Positions 46,131 through 55,823 of a DNA stretch of 64,000 nucleotides are shown in pieces (positions within the stretch are counted from its first letter, which is position 1; each line of letters opens with the position of its first letter). Position numbers and translations under genes: made by a program. The notes beneath the pieces were generated by a model. That model was given only the letters and a program-made list of their open reading frames with translations. It had not been told where the DNA came from and made no database searches. Source of the stretch: Microbacterium sp. (GTDB lineage Bacteria > Actinomycetota > Actinomycetes > Actinomycetales > Microbacteriaceae); contig NZ_JBLXHF010000008.1 in NCBI RefSeq assembly GCF_048259935.1, positions 25,631-89,630 on the forward strand, read 5' to 3'.

Positions 46131-47572
46131 TGCACATTGTTCGTACTGTCCTGGCCGGAGTCCTCCTCGGACTCCTCGCTGCACTGTGCGTGATGACGCC
46201 TGCGGGTGCCACATCCGGACAAGTGGCCGCCGCTGTGCAGCCGCGTACTCAGCTGGACCCCGTGAACAATGAGCCATGGTCAGCTCCAGCATTCCCAGTG
46301 CGCTGCAATCAATCCGCAGGGCAGGTAGCGTGCACTCCGACTAACGCCCAGGACGTCAAGCCGCAGGTGTGCTTTATCCAAGTGCTCATGGATGGCGCCG
46401 ACGCCACTGTCTGCACAACATACGAAGGTCACGCGTCCGCGATCCAAGCGGCGGGTGGCAAGAAACTCACCGTCGAATACGGTTGCAGCGTCGGCGACGT
46501 CGTGTGCATCACATTCGAGAACGCTGGGCGCGGGATGGCTTTCACCGCAACAGCCGTCATGATGCTCGTGGCGTCGAGTATGAGATTCGATACGAGCACC
46601 GTGTTGTGGACGGCTGCTGTTGGCGAGTGGTCGTTTTGGCATTGGGCAGTGCTGGTGGTCTTGTTCGCCGCCATGGTCTGGGCAATCGCCTCCGCCATCG
46701 TCTCCGGCGACCGCGATGAGCTTATCGGAGCGATCATCCGTAGCTTCCTGGCGATTCCTGCCGTTCCCCTCACGTTGTGGATGCTCGGACACCTACTCAA
46801 CGCGATCGACGACCTCACCTGGTATGTCCTGAACCGTGACGGTCCGATCACGCTGTTCGCCACACTCCAAAAAGTCATGTGGGCGGGAGGCAACGCGAAC
46901 TATTTCTTCGCATTCCTCATCCATGGCCTGCTGCAACTGTCCATGCTGCTCCTGATGCTTGTCTTCACTTTCCGGAACATCGCCCTAGCCGCGTTGATCG
47001 CCGTAGGACCTCTCGCTTGGATGCTATTTCCCCTCAAGAGTGTCGGGCCACAGTGGGTCATACGCTACGTGTCCGCCACGGTTGCTCTACTGCTGGCGGG
47101 GCCCTTAACGATCGGGTTCGTGACGTTGATCATCAACGGACTAGCCGAAGTCGACACGATCTGGGATCCACAGTCGTGGCCGCTGATGATCGGTCTCGCC
47201 CTCGCCGCCTTCGCGCCCTTCGCCGTTTTCGGGCTTTTCAGCTTCGTCGGCGCATCGGCCTCTGATGCTCTCGGGTCGCGGCTGGGTGCCGGTGCGGGGC
47301 GCATCGCCTCCAGCGCCGCCCGCTCTGCGGCGCGGCTGCCGTCCCGACTCGGAGCACTGCCCTCCGGAATCACGAAGACCGCAGCCCCATCCCGCATCGC
47401 CACACAGTCCGCGACCGGCTCGATCCGCCGAGGATCTACCCGACCCGCAACGGTGCGGACACCGAGTTCACGTCCAACGGCTTCAACGACATCCCCCACT
47501 CCGCCCCCAAACCGCCCCACGGCACAACCGGCGTCCGCACCAGCACCCACACCTGAAGGGAAGCCGTCATGA
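46130..47572 (+). CDS. Polytopic membrane protein (VirB6/TrbL-like position) with a signal peptide, a Cys-rich ectodomain and a Pro/Ser/Thr-rich tail
   Basis: The ATG overlaps the upstream TGA (TGATG). It begins MHIVRTVLAGVLLGLLAALCVMTPAGA, then has more than 6 TM. Confidence 0.55.
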   Translation: MHIVRTVLAGVLLGLLAALCVMTPAGATSGQVAAAVQPRTQLDPVNNEPWSAPAFPVRCNQSAGQVACTPTNAQDVKPQVCFIQVLMDGADATVCTTYEGHASAIQAAGGKKLTVEYGCSVGDVVCITFENAGRGMAFTATAVMMLVASSMRFDTSTVLWTAAVGEWSFWHWAVLVVLFAAMVWAIASAIVSGDRDELIGAIIRSFLAIPAVPLTLWMLGHLLNAIDDLTWYVLNRDGPITLFATLQKVMWAGGNANYFFAFLIHGLLQLSMLLLMLVFTFRNIALAALIAVGPLAWMLFPLKSVGPQWVIRYVSATVALLLAGPLTIGFVTLIINGLAEVDTIWDPQSWPLMIGLALAAFAPFAVFGLFSFVGASASDALGSRLGAGAGRIASSAARSAARLPSRLGALPSGITKTAAPSRIATQSATGSIRRGSTRPATVRTPSSRPTASTTSPTPPPNRPTAQPASAPAPTPEGKPS

Positions 47573-49062
47573 CATCGCCGTCCGACACCTCACGCCCCGT
47601 CCGACTCCCGGGGCGCTCCCGGCAGGGCATCGTCTTGGGCATGGACGGCTGGCAACTCGCATTCGTCGCCGCTGCAGCCGTCGTCGTTCTCGTCTTCGTG
47701 AATCAGTTCGGCCCGGTCGGCCTCCTCTACGCATCACCGATCTATCTCGCCTTGGGGATCTCGGCGGTCGTCACGATCCGCGGAATGTCCGCTCCGAAGA
47801 TGGCGGGCCTGTGGTTGATGAAGCAACTCCGCCATGCCGCGGGAGCAACCACGCGAACGTATCGTCCCGAACGGCCGCAGATCGTCGGGACTCTGAACCT
47901 ACCGGGCATCCGCGCATCCGTTCAGATCTGGGATGTCGATGGGATCGCATGCATCTACGACCCTCGTAATCGCACGGTGTCCGTTACCGCCGAGCTCGAG
48001 GTTCAGGGCTTCCTCATGCACACCGAGTCAGAGCGGCTCGATCTGGCTCAGCAGTGGTCACGCGTATTGGCTTCGTTCACGCAGCGCCCCGGAATCAAGC
48101 GGGTCACCCTGCAGGAACGCACCCTCCCCACCACGATCCGCAGTGCTCGCGATCACTACGACACAATCACCCAGCAGCGCGAGTTTGACCGCGAGTCCAC
48201 TCTCGCCAAGAACTACGAGCGCGTGATGGACGACTCCGAAAGGTTCGCAGTCGCCCACCGCAACTACCTCACGTTCACCTTGGACCTCGTCGCTTTGGGA
48301 GCGCAGGTCAAAGCTCTCGGCGGAGGGAAAGGCGGCGCCCGGGCGTTGGCACTCATCGAGACCCGCACGCTGTCGGACGCTCTGATTGCCGCGCAGGTCA
48401 ACGTACGAAGTTGGCTGTCTCCGCGTGAGATCGCCGCGCTCACCAGAACGACGTTCGACCCAGAGTTCGCGTCAACCGTTCAGAACCGCGCTGAGGCCAA
48501 CGTCGGCGTCGACCTCGCAGCGATCGGGCCGATGTATCTGGACGAGCCCCGCCACGCGAACCACCTCGTGCGCACCGACTCGGGCGTGCACACGACGATG
48601 TGGATTCACGAATGGCCACGCTCAGACGCGCACGTCGGATTCGTATCGCCAATCGTGTTCGCCCGTCAGCCTCACACCGGAGAGGCCGTCACCCACATCT
48701 TCTCCCTGGTTCTCACACCTGTCCCCCTCAAGAAGGCGCTGAAGCGCGTCCGTGACGAGAAGAAAGTGTGGCGCGGCAACGAAAGACTGCGCGCGAAGCG
48801 CGGCGTGGATGGGTCGGCTGCGGATGCGGCGGACTGGACGGCCCTGGAGAAGGAAGAACAGGAGCTGGTCGCCGGTCACGGAGAGTTTCGGTACGGCGGC
48901 TACCTCACGGTGACCGCGCCGGACGAAGAACAGCTCGATCAGGCCATCGCCGGTATGCGGAACGCACTTGCTCAGGCGGAGATGGAAGCTCAGGTTCTGT
49001 ATTGCCAGCAGGCTGAAGCGCTCATGGTGAACGCGCTCCCCCTGGGCCTGGGGATGAAGTGA
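47569..49062 (+). CDS. Conjugation membrane protein (2 N-terminal TM plus a large soluble domain; SCO6880-like by recollection)
   Basis: It overlaps both neighbours by 4 nt and sits immediately upstream of the VirB4-like ATPase, as in other actinobacterial T4SS loci. Confidence 0.5.
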   Translation: MTSPSDTSRPVRLPGRSRQGIVLGMDGWQLAFVAAAAVVVLVFVNQFGPVGLLYASPIYLALGISAVVTIRGMSAPKMAGLWLMKQLRHAAGATTRTYRPERPQIVGTLNLPGIRASVQIWDVDGIACIYDPRNRTVSVTAELEVQGFLMHTESERLDLAQQWSRVLASFTQRPGIKRVTLQERTLPTTIRSARDHYDTITQQREFDRESTLAKNYERVMDDSERFAVAHRNYLTFTLDLVALGAQVKALGGGKGGARALALIETRTLSDALIAAQVNVRSWLSPREIAALTRTTFDPEFASTVQNRAEANVGVDLAAIGPMYLDEPRHANHLVRTDSGVHTTMWIHEWPRSDAHVGFVSPIVFARQPHTGEAVTHIFSLVLTPVPLKKALKRVRDEKKVWRGNERLRAKRGVDGSAADAADWTALEKEEQELVAGHGEFRYGGYLTVTAPDEEQLDQAIAGMRNALAQAEMEAQVLYCQQAEALMVNALPLGLGMK

Positions 49063-50648
49063 TGACCCGCCAACGAATCGACTTCGAACCCGGCGGGCTC
49101 TCCCGCAAGGAACGCCGACAAAGCCGCCTGGCCCGCACAAACGACCAGAGAAATCAGCAACCTGCCCGCACTCGCCGTCGCGAGAACGCACTCCCCGAGC
49201 CCGCAGTACCCGGCCCCTTCGGGCCCGGCCTCACCGAAGGCGGGTACTGGAATCTCGCCCCGATGAACGTGCCCCCACACCAAGCGACGTCGCAACACAT
49301 CGCCGGTATCTACCCGTTCGTCGCGGATGCCGGGCTCGGACATCGCGGACCGATCCTCGGTGTCGATCTCAACGCTGATGCCCTCTGGCATTTCTCCCCA
49401 TGGGAGACCTACGCCGACAGCACCGATCGCGGATCGTTCTCCACGAACGTGCTCGTGCTCGGTGCATACCGGGCAGGTAAGAGCGCCGTGATCAAGACCC
49501 TCGTCACGAGGTCCATGGCGTTCGGGCATCAGGCGGTCGTCCCTTCAGACCCCAAGGGAGAATGGCGCACCGTGGCCGAGGCGATCCCGGGCGGAAACGT
49601 CATCCGGCTTGGCGGCGCGTTCGACACGCGCCTCAACCCGCTCGATCGCGGACCGCGGCGAACGGGGGTGACCGACGAACAGCACGAGCAGATGGTGAAA
49701 CAGCGGCGCATCACCGTCCTCACCTCCCTCGTCCAGGCCGCGCTCCCCGGCGCACACCTCACCGCCGTGGAACACGCCGCGCTCCTCGAGGCCCTCGAGC
49801 GCTGCATCGCCCGCACCGGAGATCAACCCACCCTCCGCGGCGTGTATACAGAGCTCACGCAGATCACCTCGGAGACCAATCGTGATCGGCACCTGGCGCA
49901 CGGGGCTATCCAGCCGAGCTTCGTTCTTCGACGATTCGTCAACGGCGATCTCTCGGGGCTCTTCGAAGACCCATCCACAGTGAGCTTCGACGACGACGCG
50001 CCCATCGTCGTCGTCGACACCTCCGAGCTGTTTGCCCGCGGCGACCTCGTCGCTCAGCTTTCGCAGATCTGCACGACGGCATGGAACCAGGCGGTGATCT
50101 CCGACCGCGGTGCGCACAAGACCCGGTACGTCATCCGCGAAGAGGGATGGCGGGACATGACCTCGCTCGCGTCGTTGCAGATGTATCAGCAATGGTTGAA
50201 GTTGTCCCGCCACTACGGGATCAGCAACATCGTCATCCTGCACAAGATGGGCGATCTGGATGCCGTGGGCGAAGCGGATTCGCAGGAGCGCAACCTTGCG
50301 TATTCGATCGCGGGAGACATCGAGAACAAGTTCATCTTCCGTATCAATCAACAAGAAAGTGCCAGCATCAGTCAGCGGCTCAACGTGCCCCCCGCGCACG
50401 CTGAGATGGCCCGCCAGCTGCGGAAGGGCGAGTTCCTTGCCTACGTCGGCCAATACTCGTACCTGGTCGACGCATTCGCCACGTCCACGGAATGGGAGTA
50501 CGAACTCTTCAAGACGGACGACGCCATGGAACTCGGCACCAGCGCTGTCGGCGAACTGCGGGGCTTTGAGATGCCCGAACTCGATTCGGCCTGGCCGACC
50601 GACACCGGAGTGGACGGCTGGCTGACGTCAAGCAAGGAGTTGAAATGA
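49059..50648 (+). CDS. VirB4/TraC-like conjugative ATPase
   Basis: Walker A is GAYRAGKS; there is an acidic Walker B-like block (IVVVDTSE) and ...IREEGWRDM.... 529 aa. Confidence 0.7.
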   Translation: MMTRQRIDFEPGGLSRKERRQSRLARTNDQRNQQPARTRRRENALPEPAVPGPFGPGLTEGGYWNLAPMNVPPHQATSQHIAGIYPFVADAGLGHRGPILGVDLNADALWHFSPWETYADSTDRGSFSTNVLVLGAYRAGKSAVIKTLVTRSMAFGHQAVVPSDPKGEWRTVAEAIPGGNVIRLGGAFDTRLNPLDRGPRRTGVTDEQHEQMVKQRRITVLTSLVQAALPGAHLTAVEHAALLEALERCIARTGDQPTLRGVYTELTQITSETNRDRHLAHGAIQPSFVLRRFVNGDLSGLFEDPSTVSFDDDAPIVVVDTSELFARGDLVAQLSQICTTAWNQAVISDRGAHKTRYVIREEGWRDMTSLASLQMYQQWLKLSRHYGISNIVILHKMGDLDAVGEADSQERNLAYSIAGDIENKFIFRINQQESASISQRLNVPPAHAEMARQLRKGEFLAYVGQYSYLVDAFATSTEWEYELFKTDDAMELGTSAVGELRGFEMPELDSAWPTDTGVDGWLTSSKELK

Positions 50649-51952
50649 CCATCGACGCACTCCCCCGCGCCTATGCGACCGTCAGAGGCACCGACGCCAC
50701 ATTCATCACCCTTGACGGGCGACAGGAACCGATCTCTGCCTCCCCCGATGAGGACATCCGACGCATGGTCGTCCAGCGAGCCGCCGACGAGGCTCGACGC
50801 GTCGGGGCTCCGCTCGAACTCGTCACCTCCGGCGACCGCGGAGAGCATCGCCTTGTTGTCAGCCACACCGGAGCACTCACAAGTGCGCCCGAGACGCCAG
50901 CACCAGTGCGGCGACGTGACCCCGCGATCTCGTCGACAAGCACGGACGAACCGGACATTGACAAACTGCCTGACCGTGAGAACACAGAGGCGGTCATAGG
51001 TATAGAGGCTCCAGACGTTGGGGAGACGTCAGAAGAGTCCGAACGGGCCTCGTTCATCACCTCAAACTCCACCCTGCCGGGCCCAGCCGGATGGCGGTCG
51101 ACCGTCTCCAGACTCGGCATCCGCGTTCCTGAATCTCGCCATGCGCGCGAGCTTCGCGCAGCACGAGCAATCATCTCACGTCACTGGGCGGGCTATCGGG
51201 CGCTCGCGGTTGTGAACGGCAAGGGCGGCGTCGGGAAGACGATGACAACGGCCATGCTCGCAGCGGTATTCGCGCGGCTCGGCGGCGGTAACGTCCTCGC
51301 CTGGGACAACAACGACACACGCGGTACCCTCGGGTGGCGAACAGAACAGGGCACGTACGACACGACCGTCCGAGACCTCATGCCTGCGACAGCCGACCTC
51401 CTCGAACCGACCGCCACCGTCTCAGACATCTCTCGCTTCGTGCATCATCAGTCCGCAGACCGCTACGACGTGCTTCGCTCGAACCCAGAACTGCTCGCCA
51501 CTGATCAGCGCATCGAGTCCGCGCAGTTCGATGTACTCATGCGAGTCGCGACGCGCTATTACCGACTTGTCGTCTTTGATTCGGGCAACGACGAGTCGGC
51601 CGACCGTTGGCTGCGCATGATCGACGGCTCGCATCAGCTGATCATCCCGACCCTCCCCTCCCCCGAATCCGCCGAGTCCGCCGCGCTGCTCCTCGACGCA
51701 TTGCGCAAACGAGACGAACTCTCGGCTCGTCTCGCTGAGAATGCTGTCGTGGTTGTGACGCAACCGGAACCTGGCGTGCGTCACTCATCTCAGCAAATCG
51801 CCAAAAGCTTCGCCGGGCAGGTAAGGGCCGTGGAGACCGTCCCGTTTGATCCGGCGCTCAAGAGCGGCCCGTTGCGGTTCGACGCGCTTCGCCAGCGCAC
51901 ACGAAACGCATGGCTCCGCGTCGCAACGGCCGTCAGCTCCGGAATGGACTGA
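50645..51952 (+). CDS. ParA/MinD-family ATPase with an N-terminal extension of about 190 aa
   Basis: Deviant Walker A VVNGKGGVGKTMT ...VVFDSGND.... ATGA overlap with the upstream gene. Confidence 0.75.
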   Translation: MTIDALPRAYATVRGTDATFITLDGRQEPISASPDEDIRRMVVQRAADEARRVGAPLELVTSGDRGEHRLVVSHTGALTSAPETPAPVRRRDPAISSTSTDEPDIDKLPDRENTEAVIGIEAPDVGETSEESERASFITSNSTLPGPAGWRSTVSRLGIRVPESRHARELRAARAIISRHWAGYRALAVVNGKGGVGKTMTTAMLAAVFARLGGGNVLAWDNNDTRGTLGWRTEQGTYDTTVRDLMPATADLLEPTATVSDISRFVHHQSADRYDVLRSNPELLATDQRIESAQFDVLMRVATRYYRLVVFDSGNDESADRWLRMIDGSHQLIIPTLPSPESAESAALLLDALRKRDELSARLAENAVVVVTQPEPGVRHSSQQIAKSFAGQVRAVETVPFDPALKSGPLRFDALRQRTRNAWLRVATAVSSGMD

Positions 51953-51963
51953 GGCGACGTCTC

Positions 51964-53796
51964 ATGAACACCAACTGGGCAGGGAAGACGGTAGCGGTCC
52001 TGATCGCCGCTGCCTTCGTGCTGAGCCTCGCCACCGCGTTCGTCGCAGAGGCGGTCACGGCGCTGACATGCGGTCAACGGCCCGTCCCCGTCAGCCTTTT
52101 CGCAGGCATCGTGCTTGCTGTCACCGGCGACGCAACTCAGTACACGTCGACGTGTCCGATGCCCGTGTGGCAGATCCGCGTCCTCGACCTCCTCCTTCTA
52201 TTCCTCCTGGCGGCTGCGATGATCCTGCTGCTGGTGTTCTACCGGCGCTACAAGGCTTCGGATCGGGCGTTCATCGCAGATTTGCGTCGCCGTCCAGGCT
52301 TTGCGACGAGCGCCGAGGTCCGTCAGCATCTGTCCGGCCGAGCGGTGCTTCGCCGCGCCCGGCAATTACGTCCAGACATCCAAAAGCCGCAGCCCACTGA
52401 CGTCGGATGGCGCGTGGGACGCGCCCGAGGTCGCGACGTCTACGTATCGATCGAGGACTCCGTCGCACTGGAAGGCCCACCGCGTTCCGGTAAGGGATAC
52501 CGCGTCCTCATCTCCGCAATCCTCGACTGGTCGGGACCGCTCATCACCACATCCACGACCAACGACAACCTGACGGCAACGATGCGGCGCCGGCAGGAAC
52601 GTGGCAACGTGCACGTCTTCGACCCGCAGGGGCTCTCCGGCATTCGGCATCCGTTGCGAGTCAGTCCCCTCACCGGATGCGAGGATCCGCTGGTCGCGAT
52701 GCAACGCGGCAACGCGATCATCACAGGCACTGCTCTCGGCTCCTCGACCACCAACGGCGAGTGGGCGCAAGCGTCCGGCGTCGTATTGGGCCGCCTTCTG
52801 CATGCAGCTGCTGTCGGCGACCGCACGATCGAGGACGTATATGACTGGGGCTCCAGCCCCGTCTTCGCCCGCGCCGCTGTGGACGTTCTGCGATCGGATG
52901 GAGCCCCCGGTTGGGGAGACAATCTGGAGGCGACGATCAGCGGGGACGAGAAGCTCGTCTCCTCCATCTGGTTCGGCGTGCAAGGGGCGGTCGCTCCGCT
53001 CGCTGTCCCTCAAATTCGCGACGCACTGATGCCACGCGCCGGTGACACGGTGTTCGATCCGCGCGAGTTCCTGGATGGGGCAAACTCGCTGTACTTGATC
53101 GGGTCCTCGTCCGGAGCATCCGCCATGGGCGGGTTCCTCGGTGCGCTTCTCGACGACATCGTCGAAATCGCAAGAGCTCGTGCCCTTGCCTCGCCCGGCT
53201 CGAGACTCGCGCATCCACTGGGACTGATCCTGGATGAGATCGCCAACATCTTCCGATGGGACGCGCTGCCGCGCACTATGGCCGACGGCGGCGGACGCGG
53301 CATCTGCACCTTCGTCGTCCTGCAGGCATTGTCGCAAGCGGAGACGGCGTGGTCCCGCGCCGAAGCCGACACCATCTGGGCCGCAGCAACTGCGAAGGTG
53401 CTGCTCGGCGGAGCATCCCACGTGGCCCACCTCCGCGACGTCGAAGCCCTGCTCGGAATGCGAGAGGCACGCCGCACCGAGCTGTCTTGGGACTCCGGGC
53501 AGCACGGCCACCACACCAGCGAACGCCAAGATCGATTACCGCTCATGTCCGTCGACGAGATCCGCCGCATGCCCGAGACGCTGGGACTCCTGGCCTATCG
53601 CAACCGCCGCGGTGTGCTCCTCGATCTCGCCGGCTGGGACTCGCGACACGACGCCAAAGCGATCCAGAGCGGCAAGATCAGCACCGAAGCCGAGCAGCGC
53701 ATCGTGTTCGGTGCGGCGAATCGACGCACTCCGCCCGCACCTCACCTCGAGGTCGCAGACGCCGAACTTCCTACTGAGGCGGTGAACGACGAATGA
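51964..53796 (+). CDS. Type IV secretion coupling protein (VirD4/TraG/TraD family)
   Basis: Met19 of ORF 51910..53796. It has two N-terminal TM, Walker A GPPRSGKG and Walker B LGLILDEIAN. Confidence 0.85.
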   Translation: MNTNWAGKTVAVLIAAAFVLSLATAFVAEAVTALTCGQRPVPVSLFAGIVLAVTGDATQYTSTCPMPVWQIRVLDLLLLFLLAAAMILLLVFYRRYKASDRAFIADLRRRPGFATSAEVRQHLSGRAVLRRARQLRPDIQKPQPTDVGWRVGRARGRDVYVSIEDSVALEGPPRSGKGYRVLISAILDWSGPLITTSTTNDNLTATMRRRQERGNVHVFDPQGLSGIRHPLRVSPLTGCEDPLVAMQRGNAIITGTALGSSTTNGEWAQASGVVLGRLLHAAAVGDRTIEDVYDWGSSPVFARAAVDVLRSDGAPGWGDNLEATISGDEKLVSSIWFGVQGAVAPLAVPQIRDALMPRAGDTVFDPREFLDGANSLYLIGSSSGASAMGGFLGALLDDIVEIARARALASPGSRLAHPLGLILDEIANIFRWDALPRTMADGGGRGICTFVVLQALSQAETAWSRAEADTIWAAATAKVLLGGASHVAHLRDVEALLGMREARRTELSWDSGQHGHHTSERQDRLPLMSVDEIRRMPETLGLLAYRNRRGVLLDLAGWDSRHDAKAIQSGKISTEAEQRIVFGAANRRTPPAPHLEVADAELPTEAVNDE

Positions 53797-54182
53797 CCAA
53801 CCAACGCCGCACAGGGCTGAAGAATCTATACCGGGACGAGTTCCTCCGATCTCCAGCGTGGTTCGCACGACGCGATCGCTGGTTCCGAGCCCACATCGCT
53901 GATGGTGTCGTCTCCTGCGCCGCCTGCGGCGTCGCAGCCATCAAGGGGAAGCTCGAGCTTCATCATCGTGACTACGCCGGTGTTCGTATTGTCCAGGGCG
54001 CATGGCAGGCGTGGGAAGACGACGAGGACCTCATTGCCCTGCATCCGAACTGCCATGAATTGTTACATCGCCTGATCGACCGCGACGTCGTGCTCGCGCG
54101 GCACCGCAGCCGCCGCGACGCATCCGACCACGCCCTGCGGATGCTGCAGCTGAAGCTCCAGGAAGGAGAAGCCGCATCGTGA
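53793..54182 (+). CDS. Small HNH (His-Me finger) nuclease-like protein
   Basis: CAAC ... LELHHRDY ... LIALHPNCHELLH (CxxC / HH / N..H pattern). ATGA overlap with the coupling-protein gene. Confidence 0.5.
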   Translation: MTNQRRTGLKNLYRDEFLRSPAWFARRDRWFRAHIADGVVSCAACGVAAIKGKLELHHRDYAGVRIVQGAWQAWEDDEDLIALHPNCHELLHRLIDRDVVLARHRSRRDASDHALRMLQLKLQEGEAAS

Positions 54183-54658
54183 GCAGCTTCGATCCGGACG
54201 ACGTTGACGCGTTGCTCGCCCAGGAACTCAGCGGGTTCGATCCGAGTTCCCGCGCGGGAGGCTCCGGCATTATCGGCGGTCTCGTCACCAATTGGCGCGA
54301 ACTCTCCGACGCCGAGGTTGCAGAGCGCTGGCAGGCTCTGCGGACCTGGGTCGAATGGTTCACCGTCCGGTACAACGTTCCGGTCAGCGTCGTGCCCGAC
54401 TGCTGGTGGCGGCACAGCGCGATCGTCGAAGAGCTCTCCGCCCTGCACACCGCCCACCTCGCTGCGTTCGATCCCAGCGACAGCGGATTCGGACCAATCG
54501 GCTGGCACGAGCGCCTCTCCATCACGATCCCCCGGCTGAACCGCGCCTACGGAGGCGGATGCAACAACGGACACAAACCCACCCGACCCCGCTCATGGGC
54601 CCACACGACCGATGAGAAGGAATGGGCGGCGTGGACCACCACGGCCCACGCTCAGTGA
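54179..54658 (+). CDS. DUF4913-like protein (common partner of actinobacterial conjugation genes)
   Basis: ...AERWQALRTWVEWFTVRYNV...VPDCWWRHSAIVEELSALHTAHLAAFDP...GPIGWHERL. This is recognition from memory of the family pattern. Confidence 0.45.
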   Translation: MSSFDPDDVDALLAQELSGFDPSSRAGGSGIIGGLVTNWRELSDAEVAERWQALRTWVEWFTVRYNVPVSVVPDCWWRHSAIVEELSALHTAHLAAFDPSDSGFGPIGWHERLSITIPRLNRAYGGGCNNGHKPTRPRSWAHTTDEKEWAAWTTTAHAQ

Positions 54659-54693
54659 GGGCGCACCCCGCGTCCGCGACGAAAGGAAGAATA

Positions 54694-55140
54694 ATGACCA
54701 CCAAGATTCCGGTAACGCTGGAGGGAAACCTCACAGCCGATCCCGAACACGGCGCCGGCGAATCGGGCAACGAGTACGCCCGATTCACACTGGCCGTCAA
54801 CGACCGCAAACTCAACGAGAGCACCGGGCGCTGGGAGGATGCCGGCACCGTGTTCCACCGCGTCGTCGTGTTCAACCAGCAATCCCGCCACGTCACCGAG
54901 TCGCTCCACAAGGGAGACTCCGCCATCGTGGTCGGCGACCTCCGATTCGGCAGCTATACCGACAAAGAGTCCGGGCAGACCCGCGAGACCCGCGATGTCA
55001 TCGCCGACAACGTCGGCGCCTCACTGAAGTTCGCAGGTGCCACCATGAACCGCGCCCCAAAAGCTAGCGGCCCCGCAGCAGACGCTTCGGGGCCGGTAGC
55101 AGCGCCGGCCTCGTACGCCGGTGCAGGTGTCGCGCGCTGA
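54694..55140 (+). CDS. ssb: Single-stranded DNA-binding protein
   Basis: Met25 of ORF 54622..55140 (AAAGGAAG upstream). OB-fold pattern VTLEGNLTADPE...FTLAVNDR...W.D..TVFHRVVVFNQ...LHKGDSAIVVGDL. Confidence 0.85.
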   Translation: MTTKIPVTLEGNLTADPEHGAGESGNEYARFTLAVNDRKLNESTGRWEDAGTVFHRVVVFNQQSRHVTESLHKGDSAIVVGDLRFGSYTDKESGQTRETRDVIADNVGASLKFAGATMNRAPKASGPAADASGPVAAPASYAGAGVAR

Positions 55141-55150
55141 GAATCCACAC

Positions 55151-55188
55151 AGGAGCGGACGGGAGTGATGCTACTCCCGTCCGCTCCT
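55151..55188. terminator. Perfect 16-bp hairpin between convergent genes (ssb and the RES-like remnant)
   Basis: aggagcggacgggagt-gatgct-actcccgtccgctcct. Confidence 0.6.
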
Positions 55189-55223
55189 TCGCGCGAGAGA
55201 CCCTTTTGCGTCAGCGAATCCTG

Positions 55224-55777
55224 TTACGTGCGCCATGTCAGGCCGTGCAGAAACATCGCCTGCGCCAGTTCCGGGTGCTCGAGGTCGACCAGACCGACGG
55301 TGACACCCGAGAGCCGCCGGCTCGACGGGTCGTCGCCGGGGCGTTCAAAGACCGCCCACATTCGCAAGTCGTCGCCATGGCGTGACCCGAACCGCACACC
55401 ATCCGCGACCGGATTCCCGTCCGGATCGATTTGGCTGTAGAGCACGGACGCGACGCGTTGGTGAGGTCGCGCGGGTAGGCGGTCTTAAGCGCCGCAGCAT
55501 CGAAGTCATCGAACCCGAGCGACACCGCGAACCGCAGAAAATTCGACCGGAGCGAAGCGATGGTGTTCGACGCGCTGACGTCGACGTACCGACCGTCGAG
55601 CGTTGCCGAAGCGACCATCTTCCCGGATAGCCAGGTGTGGTCAACTGTTCCGGCCGCAGGCACCGGGAACTCAGTCGCATCCTCGGGATCTTCGATGATG
55701 TCGCTCAGAAGTGGGCTGCCGTCGTCGTTCAGGTCGGGCCGCAGGTGGGCGAGGATCTCGATGAAGCACGCGTACCT
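55224..55777 (-). pseudogene. RES-domain-like toxin remnant: N-terminally truncated and frameshifted
   Basis: Two overlapping frames (55238..55663 and 55224..55445) join into ...ACFIEILAHLRPD...FDDFDAAALKTAYPRDLTNA / VLYSQIDPDGNPVADGVRFGSRHGDDLRMWAVFER.... The frame is closed by TAG at 55778-55780, with no start codon for the first 38 codons or so. Confidence 0.35.
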
Positions 55778-55823
55778 CTAATAACACCCAATTCGACAGG
55801 ACAGATGATCGGGACTGGCGTGG

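Noticed and set aside
52366-53529. 387-aa minus-strand ORF inside the transfer operon
   Set aside because: It is antisense to the VirD4-like coupling protein gene, which has Walker A/B motifs.
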